This document shows positions 57,199 through 64,000 of a DNA stretch of 64,000 nucleotides, in pieces. A program made the translations under genes and the position numbers. Source of the DNA: a virus. Location: the IMG/VR virus record IMGVR_UViG_3300033150_001569, positions 58,308 to 122,307 of that record. The stretch is one strand, 5' to 3'. Numbering within the stretch: position 1 is the first letter of the stretch; each line of letters starts with the position of its first letter. Below the pieces are notes generated by a model. It was not told the DNA's origin and did not search any database. It saw only the letters and a program-made list of their open reading frames with translations.

Positions 57199-57729
57199 TT
57201 ATTTTATAATTTGACAATTATTTAAGTCAAAAATTATTCCTTTTTCTGGTTTTTTTGCTAACTTATTGATAATAAAATACTTTTTATCTTTAATTAATAT
57301 ATATTCTTTTGATTTTTTGCTATCTGATAATAACCAATATTTAACTCTAATTTTATTTGATAATGAATCCAATGTTGATTGAATTCCTTGTTGAATAGAT
57401 GAAATAGGTTTACATTTCATTTCAATTACAGGAGGATTAGCATTAACAACTGGTATAATATTTTTAGATTTACCTCCTGAAAATGCCACAAATGCACCAG
57501 GAAGAAGAACACAAAGTTTAAACAATTTACGCATATCTTTTTCTCCATTTTCAATAAAAACAGCATATAAAGCAACACATAAAGACATAAGTACAACTGG
57601 AATTGAACATCCTATCATTGTTTTTATATTTAATTGATTAATATCTATTCCATTTTGATAAAGTTTAGCTATTGGAATAATACAAGCAGATAAAAATCCT
57701 ATTATAAATCTTTTTAACCAATTTTTCAT
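57199..57729 (-). CDS. Membrane protein (about 3 TM + soluble C-terminus)
   Basis: Three hydrophobic segments; ATG 57729 follows GAGA. Confidence 0.65.
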   Translation of the reverse strand: MKNWLKRFIIGFLSACIIPIAKLYQNGIDINQLNIKTMIGCSIPVVLMSLCVALYAVFIENGEKDMRKLFKLCVLLPGAFVAFSGGKSKNIIPVVNANPPVIEMKCKPISSIQQGIQSTLDSLSNKIRVKYWLLSDSKKSKEYILIKDKKYFIINKLAKKPEKGIIFDLNNCQIIK

Positions 57730-57730
57730 A

Positions 57731-58507
57731 TTAAATATCAATCTCTAAAAATCCTTTTATATCATCTTTTTCAGAAAAAGAATGTTGATTAGTTGATCCA
57801 ACAACATAAATATTATTTTTAAAATCTTTTATTATTTGATGTGAATGATAATGTGCTAGATATATTGCATTAACTTTATGACTATTTTTTATTACATTAG
57901 GTAAATGAAATTTACCACCTTTAAAATTTTGTTGCTCACTTCCTAATTTAACATTACCAATAATATCTGTATGTGCAAAAGCAATTACAATATCTTCTTC
58001 ATTAACTGAATCAACTATTTGAGTACAAATTGTTTCAGCAAATTCATCAGTAGATTTATATTTTTCAATATTAATATGCGCTTTACTAATATGAGGGATT
58101 AAAATAAAATTTACTTTTTTATTTTTCTTATTAGCTTGATCATCATATAATTCAACTTTTCCAGCATTAAAATTTGTTATATTATAAATAAATTCTATAT
58201 TTTTAAATCCTACTTCTTCTAATAATGTTAATGCTCCAAAATCATTTTTCTTATTCTCTACATCATGATTTCCATTTAAAAATATACTTTTAAAATTACA
58301 ATCATTTAAAAATCTACATAATTTTAAAGCATATTTATAAGCATGTCGAGAAGGATTTGATGAATCAAATAAATCACCTAAATGAAGAAAATAATCTGCA
58401 TTAACTTTTTTAGCATATTTAGCTATATCAAGATTAATATTAAAATTTTCTTTTAATCTATTTTCATCTATGTCAATATGAGAATCAGTACATACTATTA
58501 ACTTCAT
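57731..58507 (-). CDS. sbcD: SbcD/Mre11/gp47-like metallophosphoesterase nuclease domain
   Basis: TDSH, LGDLFD, GNHD, AH, LAHYH, VGS..SFSE..KGF. Confidence 0.9.
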   Translation of the reverse strand: MKLIVCTDSHIDIDENRLKENFNINLDIAKYAKKVNADYFLHLGDLFDSSNPSRHAYKYALKLCRFLNDCNFKSIFLNGNHDVENKKNDFGALTLLEEVGFKNIEFIYNITNFNAGKVELYDDQANKKNKKVNFILIPHISKAHINIEKYKSTDEFAETICTQIVDSVNEEDIVIAFAHTDIIGNVKLGSEQQNFKGGKFHLPNVIKNSHKVNAIYLAHYHSHQIIKDFKNNIYVVGSTNQHSFSEKDDIKGFLEIDI

Positions 58508-58519
58508 TTTAATCTCCTA

Positions 58520-58930
58520 TTATTTAATTGATAAAATATCATAATTATTATGATCTACAAAAAATATCCTATAAAATCTTTTTTTATTTTCTAATATTTT
58601 TCTATACCAAATATCAAACCAATAACCTTTATAAAAATTATAAGTAAATTTAATATCATGAATAATATTACGAATAGATAATTCTTTTTTAAATTTATTT
58701 TTATGAATATTTTCTAGATATTTTAATTTAATATTTTCATAAAAATTTGCTCTTAATAAAGGATCTTCAAAACAACATTTTATATATTCTTGTATATTCC
58801 AATAAGGATTACAAACACCTTGTGTAAGTACAAATTTTTTTTCTTTATATTTAACAATATCACCCAAATTTAATTTAAATATACTTTTAATTGCTAAATA
58901 ATATATTCGTAAATATATAAAAATTTTCAT
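58520..58930 (-). CDS. Hypothetical protein
   Basis: Likely start 58930 (ATGA overlap with the upstream stop). Confidence 0.55.
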   Translation of the reverse strand: MKIFIYLRIYYLAIKSIFKLNLGDIVKYKEKKFVLTQGVCNPYWNIQEYIKCCFEDPLLRANFYENIKLKYLENIHKNKFKKELSIRNIIHDIKFTYNFYKGYWFDIWYRKILENKKRFYRIFFVDHNNYDILSIK

Positions 58931-59121
58931 GAATATATCTTCTTTCTTTTTTGAATTAATTCTATTCCTTTTTGTCCACATTTAGGACATTCAATTAATT
59001 CAGGTGTGTCTTCTGCTTTTTTTATATCAACATTAGGATCATTAAAAATTTCACTACAATGAGTGCATTTAAATTTGTAATAAACACCTTTAGAAAATAA
59101 TCTTCTATATTTTATTCCCAT
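58927..59121 (-). CDS. Zinc-ribbon protein (FmdB-like)
   Basis: YKFKCTHCSEIF...IECPKCG. Confidence 0.7.
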   Translation of the reverse strand: MGIKYRRLFSKGVYYKFKCTHCSEIFNDPNVDIKKAEDTPELIECPKCGQKGIELIQKRKKIYS

Positions 59122-59124
59122 AAT

Positions 59125-59298
59125 TTATCCTTTTTCATTTTCTATTTTATCAACAACTTTATGTTGTAAATTATCTTTCCAAGATTTTTTATCTTTTAAT
59201 TTTATATTATTTGATTCACAATTTATACATTTTTCGATATTAGATAAAACAGAATTAAATTCAATTCCACAATTATTACATTTAAAAATAAATTTCAT
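59125..59298 (-). CDS. Zinc-ribbon protein (57 aa), not in ORF track
   Basis: MKFIFKCNNCGIEFNSVLSNIEKCINCESNNI...; AAGGAG RBS. Confidence 0.7.
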   Translation of the reverse strand: MKFIFKCNNCGIEFNSVLSNIEKCINCESNNIKLKDKKSWKDNLQHKVVDKIENEKG

Positions 59299-59309
59299 TT
59301 TATTTCTCC

Positions 59310-59681
59310 TTACTCTCTAGTCATTATTCTTTTACCTGTTATTTTTCTAGGTTTAATAATAACTGTCTCTAATTCTTTTGATAATTTATTGTTATTTTTT
59401 TCTATATATTCTTTTATTGCTTTTAATAATTCAGTACTAGTATCAATATTTGGATTTGATATTTTATGTTCAAATTTATTTATTTGTTTAATATGAGCTT
59501 TTAAAGCATCTTCTACACCCATTTTTATATTATATGCCATATAATAACTTAATTTTACCAATCCACATAAAAGAAGAAAAATTATTCCTAGTGAAATAAT
59601 AAGTTTAAAAACTTTATTAAATAAAAATGAAATAATTTTATTTAAAGTAAATATTTGATGAGTTTGATTATTATCAGACAT
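59310..59681 (-). CDS. Membrane-anchored hypothetical protein
   Basis: One TM segment followed by a coiled coil. Confidence 0.55.
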   Translation of the reverse strand: MSDNNQTHQIFTLNKIISFLFNKVFKLIISLGIIFLLLCGLVKLSYYMAYNIKMGVEDALKAHIKQINKFEHKISNPNIDTSTELLKAIKEYIEKNNNKLSKELETVIIKPRKITGKRIMTRE

Positions 59682-60306
59682 ATTCTTTCTCCATAAAGTT
59701 TACAAAATTAACAAAATTTTTAAGTTCATTTAATTTAGGATCAGTATAAAATTCTAAAAATTGTATTCCTAAATTTAAACTTTTTAACCATTCTATTGCT
59801 TTTTCAAATCTTAATTTAATATCTTGATGAAAATCTAATGAAGCATTATCATAAATATCATCCAAGCGATCAGATTTCATTTCAATATTAACTTCATTAT
59901 TATAACAATAAATAATTACATCAGGTAAAATAGGAATTCTATGAAAAAAATCTTTATACCATTGAGAAAAATCATGATATTTCTCACAAGATTTAGAAGC
60001 ATATATCATTCCTGATAAGAATGATCTGTCAGAAATAATATTAATTCCTTCTTTCAATTTAGGAATAACTAATTTAGATAAACTAATTTCTCTACTTTGT
60101 ATTAATTTTTCTTCTCTTTCTTCAGATGTAATATTTGATTTAGCAGATAAACATTCTTCTCTTAATTTTTTACATTTAGGTAAATCATCTCCACTATAAG
60201 GTTCAAATGTCCAAAAAGCATTTAGATATTTAGCATAATTTTTACTTAATGTGCTTTTATATACACCATCTCCACCTTCAAATGCTATATAACTATTTGA
60301 TTTCAT
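59674..60306 (-). CDS. tmk: Thymidylate (dTMP) kinase
   Basis: IAFEGGDGVYKST, TFEP, IISDRSFLSGMIY, PDVIIY. Confidence 0.9.
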   Translation of the reverse strand: MKSNSYIAFEGGDGVYKSTLSKNYAKYLNAFWTFEPYSGDDLPKCKKLREECLSAKSNITSEEREEKLIQSREISLSKLVIPKLKEGINIISDRSFLSGMIYASKSCEKYHDFSQWYKDFFHRIPILPDVIIYCYNNEVNIEMKSDRLDDIYDNASLDFHQDIKLRFEKAIEWLKSLNLGIQFLEFYTDPKLNELKNFVNFVNFMEKEYV

Positions 60307-60324
60307 TATTATTTTTCCTTAATT

Positions 60325-61026
60325 TTAATTGTTTTCTCTATTAATTTCAGATAAACTTTTTGAAATATATTCAGGTTTATATTTTTTACCTTTATAAATG
60401 ATAATTTTATTAGTTTTAATTGAATATTTAATAAATGCTTCATATTTTCCTAATTGTCTACTTGCTTCTCTACCAGAAATAAATTTTAAAATATCATTTG
60501 GATTATTAATATTTGTTAATTTAACTTTTTTAGCAAAACTTGTTAAATAATTTTTTCTACAAGCAATTATTCTATTATATGTTACTTTTTGTTCACTTAC
60601 ATTCTCAGTATTTTCTTTTAATTCACAGTTACCTAATTCATAGTTTCCTTTATCTTCAATTCTACTTACTACTGGAGTTATCCATGCTTTTCTCTTAAAA
60701 AATTCATTAATCCAGAAATTAACACATTCTCTACTAGACCAAATTCTTTTTACTCCTTTAGCTCCATAATATTGATAAGATTTATTATTAGGATTAGGAT
60801 TATTACATCTTGTTCCTTGACCTACCCATGATTGATATGCTTTTTTAGCTAACCAATGAATATCTTTAATATTAGTTAAATTTATATATTTCCATTTACC
60901 ATTTTCAAAAATATAAACAGGATGATTTTTAATTTCTTCTAAAATTAATTTAGTATTATATTTATATAATTTTCCTTTTTGGTTTTTTAATCCTGTTTTA
61001 TTATATTTATATTTTTTTTCTTTCAC
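60325..61026 (-). CDS. HNH-type homing endonuclease with NUMOD1
   Basis: RCNNPN..SYQYYGAKGV...SRIEDKGNYELGNC...EN; C-terminal FISGREASRQLG. Confidence 0.75.
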   Translation of the reverse strand: MKEKKYKYNKTGLKNQKGKLYKYNTKLILEEIKNHPVYIFENGKWKYINLTNIKDIHWLAKKAYQSWVGQGTRCNNPNPNNKSYQYYGAKGVKRIWSSRECVNFWINEFFKRKAWITPVVSRIEDKGNYELGNCELKENTENVSEQKVTYNRIIACRKNYLTSFAKKVKLTNINNPNDILKFISGREASRQLGKYEAFIKYSIKTNKIIIYKGKKYKPEYISKSLSEINRENN

Positions 61027-62270
61027 TATTTTTTTCCTACTTCAAATTCATCATTCTCATCAATTACATCAAAATCATTTTCTTTAGTAATATTATTAAT
61101 ATCTTTAATTTTACCATTATTAAGAAGTTCTATTTCATGATCAATACATTGATTAATAATATTATTTAATTTTTCAGATATATTTTTATTTCTTCTAAGA
61201 TATTTATATAAATCATTTTTACCATTAAATGATCTTTCATTTCCAGCATCATTTACAAACCATAAATTATCTCTATCTACTTTTTGAATATAATTTTTAC
61301 CTTGTTTATCAATCAGTTTATAATGTAAAGCTAAATCAACTAGTTCAGGAACAATATCTATACCCATTGGAGCATCACCCTCTCCATTAGAAATATAAAA
61401 TTGTGCAATTCCACCTTTAGGACCAAGTTTATTTTTTTCAAATAATAATTCATGTTTAAAACCAACTACTTTATCACCTTCTTTTATTTTCTCTTTAAAA
61501 TAAGCTCTCATTTTTAATGAGTTGTCAAAATCAAGTGCAGTAGCAAGGGAAACTCTCCATGATTTATCAAAAGCAAATTTCTTATCAGTGTTCATTCTTT
61601 CCTGACCAATCAATATAGCAACTGCATCTACTTCATCACATTCAATAGAAAAAGTTTTAATCCATTTACTTATTAATAGACTTTCTTCAGAAAATTCTCT
61701 AGCTTGAATATCTGTTTCTTTTTTAGCTTCTAATAATTTTTTCATACTTGCTGAAGACGGTGCCGCAGTAATGCTGTCAATGATTATAACAGGAAATTTA
61801 TTTTTTATTCCTTTTTCACGAAGTTTTTTAAATTTTTCAAATATTTTATTTATCAAAATAAACATCTCTTCTAAATTTCTAGGTTTGTGTAATCTATAAT
61901 ATTTTTTATTAATATTAAGTGTATCTAACCATTTGTTTTGTTTTCCAATCACACGCTCATATGCAAAATAATGTACTTCAGCATCACCTGTTCGTACACA
62001 TGATTCAGCAGTTAATAAAGCATATAATGTTTTTCCTGAATGAGCTTGAGAATGTATTATTTGACATACTCCAGTAGGAAATCCACCACATTTACTTGCT
62101 AAATTAAAAGAAGGTAATATATGTTTAATTATTCTTGTTTCTTTATTATTAATCATTCCAGATGGAGGTAATCCATCAGAAAACATATCCAACCAATCAT
62201 CACCAGATGATTTATTATTTTTATTAACTTTAGTATTTATATCAGTATCATTTTTCTTTTTTCTTGCCAT
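61026..62270 (-). CDS. RecA/UvsX-like recombinase
   Basis: GGFPTG, Walker A HSGKT, Walker B IIIDSITA, LIGQER, EKNKLGP, GIDIVPELVDLA. Confidence 0.9.
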   Translation of the reverse strand: MARKKKNDTDINTKVNKNNKSSGDDWLDMFSDGLPPSGMINNKETRIIKHILPSFNLASKCGGFPTGVCQIIHSQAHSGKTLYALLTAESCVRTGDAEVHYFAYERVIGKQNKWLDTLNINKKYYRLHKPRNLEEMFILINKIFEKFKKLREKGIKNKFPVIIIDSITAAPSSASMKKLLEAKKETDIQAREFSEESLLISKWIKTFSIECDEVDAVAILIGQERMNTDKKFAFDKSWRVSLATALDFDNSLKMRAYFKEKIKEGDKVVGFKHELLFEKNKLGPKGGIAQFYISNGEGDAPMGIDIVPELVDLALHYKLIDKQGKNYIQKVDRDNLWFVNDAGNERSFNGKNDLYKYLRRNKNISEKLNNIINQCIDHEIELLNNGKIKDINNITKENDFDVIDENDEFEVGKK

Positions 62271-62316
62271 AATTTTAAATCTCCTCTTGAGATTATTTAA
62301 ATAAATTTATTAATAT

Positions 62317-62475
62317 TTAAATTATTAAATTATTAATCTCCAAAATTGAATAATCAGGATAAATTTTATATTTATTTAATTCAGTATTTATACAATCAAT
62401 ACAACTATATTCATCTGTATTATTACTTTGTATATGTTCTACATAACCATGTTTTTCACAATTATCAAATTTCAT
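62317..62475 (-). CDS. Small zinc-finger protein (52 aa), not in ORF track
   Basis: MKFDNCEKHG...YSCVDCIN...; AGGAG RBS. Confidence 0.6.
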   Translation of the reverse strand: MKFDNCEKHGYVEHIQSNNTDEYSCIDCINTELNKYKIYPDYSILEINNLII

Positions 62476-62493
62476 ATTAATCTCCTAATATAT

Positions 62494-62521
62494 TAAGGGG
62501 TAGAAATTAATCTACCCCTTA
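62494..62521 (-). terminator. Rho-independent terminator after SSB
   Basis: TAAGGGGTAGA-aattaa-TCTACCCCTTA hairpin. Confidence 0.75.
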
Positions 62522-62535
62522 TAAATAAAATTAGT

Positions 62536-63561
62536 TTAAAATGGTATATCGTCAGATTTATTATCTTCTTCTACTACTTTACTAGGTTGTGATACTGTTT
62601 GATTTTGTTGTACTTGTGATTGTTGATTAACTTGTTGAGTATGAGGTTGTGTTTGAGCTTGTGGTTGAACATTAGGTTCAATTTTAGTTTCTTCAACTTT
62701 ATTATCAGTAATACTAGTTCCTGTTTTAAGTGAATCAACTCTATATGAATCAATTAATTTTGCCAAATATTCAATCATTTCATTACCTATAGAAGTGGTA
62801 AAATTACTTAAATCAATTGCAGGTGCTTCAAATAATTTTTTTATATCATCAGTTAATTGAATTCTAGGATCAAAATTACCTGTATATTTACCTTTTGATT
62901 TTCCTTCTCTTGTATATGTCATTCTAAATCCTAATGGATTTTGATCTATAAAAGGATTAAATTCTCGTCCTTCTCCTAATCTTTTTGTTTCATTTTCAAT
63001 TTCATTTCTAATAATATCTGCCATTGTTTTATTACATTGGAGAACTTGTTTTTTCTTTTCTCCTTCAACATTAGTTGGAATAAATCCAAAAAATGTTTCT
63101 TGTTGCCAACGCCAAGAATCTCTCCAACCAGGAGCATTATTTTCACGTAACATTGCTCCTCTTGTTATATTAATAGGTTCAATACCTTCAATTCCTTTTC
63201 CAATTGAAACAACAATTTCATCTTCATTAATATCACTATTTTTCAGTAATCTAAGATAATTACAAATAGGACATTTATTCATATGTAAATGTTCAAATAT
63301 ATCAGTTTTAGGATTAATTCCAAATTCAGGACAAATAAAAGATTTTTTCTTAATTACTTTTTTAATAAATTTATTTCCCTTAGAATCTGTTTCTTCAACT
63401 GATTCAACTACATGAATAAAATGTCTACAAGCATCATCCCAAAAAGTTTTTTGATCAAAAAATCCCTCTAAAATTCCTTTTTTTCTCCAATCATAAAAAC
63501 CAGCACCACCATTTTTGTTAAAAAGTTTGTTGTTAATTAAATTCTTAAGATTTCGTGCCAT
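62536..63561 (-). CDS. Single-stranded DNA-binding protein (gp32-like)
   Basis: H..FICP...KCPIC Zn motif, Gln-rich linker and C-terminal acidic tip DDIPF; upstream of the recombinase; AAGGAGG RBS. Confidence 0.7.
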   Translation of the reverse strand: MARNLKNLINNKLFNKNGGAGFYDWRKKGILEGFFDQKTFWDDACRHFIHVVESVEETDSKGNKFIKKVIKKKSFICPEFGINPKTDIFEHLHMNKCPICNYLRLLKNSDINEDEIVVSIGKGIEGIEPINITRGAMLRENNAPGWRDSWRWQQETFFGFIPTNVEGEKKKQVLQCNKTMADIIRNEIENETKRLGEGREFNPFIDQNPLGFRMTYTREGKSKGKYTGNFDPRIQLTDDIKKLFEAPAIDLSNFTTSIGNEMIEYLAKLIDSYRVDSLKTGTSITDNKVEETKIEPNVQPQAQTQPHTQQVNQQSQVQQNQTVSQPSKVVEEDNKSDDIPF

Positions 63562-63593
63562 ATTTCCTCCTTATAAAAAATGCACCTAATTAA

Positions 63594-63890
63594 TTAAAAA
63601 TATTTTCTCAAATAAAATATTATATCTTTTGCTGTTTCTGATGCTTTTTTTGGATCATCATCAAAAACAGATACTGATATACTATATTTATTATTTTCAT
63701 TTCTTTTTATTTCAATACAAGATTGTGTTTTATTATTATGTTCTATTTTCTGAATTATTTCATTACCAGATTCTTCTAAAGCTTTTTTAAATTCATCCTC
63801 AACTTGTTTTTTTAATTTATTATTTTCTTCTTTTTCTAAAATATTTTCATCTTCAAATTTTTCATTAATAATATTAATATCTCCTGGCAT
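63594..63890 (-). CDS. Hypothetical protein
   Basis: AGGAG RBS; 98 aa. Confidence 0.6.
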   Translation of the reverse strand: MPGDINIINEKFEDENILEKEENNKLKKQVEDEFKKALEESGNEIIQKIEHNNKTQSCIEIKRNENNKYSISVSVFDDDPKKASETAKDIIFYLRKYF

Positions 63891-63915
63891 AATAATCTCC
63901 TAATTATATATTATT

Positions 63916-63999
63916 TTATATTACCTCAAATCCCCAAACTCTACCTTTACCATCATTCCTATTAACTTCTACTACAAAATCAATTAATTTAACTCTTAC
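63916..63999 (-). CDS. 3' end of a gene beginning outside the window
   Basis: VRVKLIDFVVEVNRNDGKGRVWGFEVI*. Confidence 0.4.
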   Translation of the reverse strand, partial: VRVKLIDFVVEVNRNDGKGRVWGFEVI

Positions 64000-64000
64000 T

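Noticed and set aside
1-64000. Stop-codon reassignment (TAG/TGA recoding)
   Set aside because: Long genes are intact under the standard code, and read-through of the TAG at 8554 and 37436 runs into stops within a few codons.

Overview
Very AT-rich, gene-dense segment of a large contractile-tailed (myovirus-type) phage genome, translated with the standard code. The + strand (1-44162) is a late/structural region. It carries a beta-helix protein, a virion morphogenesis gene split at an A7 run, sheath, two tube paralogs, a chaperone with a likely programmed -1 frameshift, tape measure, CIS-tube/LysM/hub/spike, gp25, baseplate J, a 1642-aa baseplate protein with a very long acidic repeat tract, and tail fibres. 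These are followed by a higher-GC variable cassette of signal-peptide-bearing LamG/C1q-like fibre genes, lysis/lipoprotein genes and an RHH + wHTH-histidine-kinase unit. The tail module resembles extracellular contractile injection systems (eCIS). The - strand (44163-64000) carries SSB, RecA/UvsX, HNH, dTMP kinase, a split SbcD, ClpP, a DUF481-like outer-membrane barrel, SbcC and a NusG paralog. Downstream of these lies a glycan-modification cluster (three GT9 domains, pyruvyltransferase, methyltransferase) ending in an amidase. All family assignments come from motif recognition by eye; no searches were run. No CRISPR array, tRNA, rRNA, reverse transcriptase or integrase was seen.
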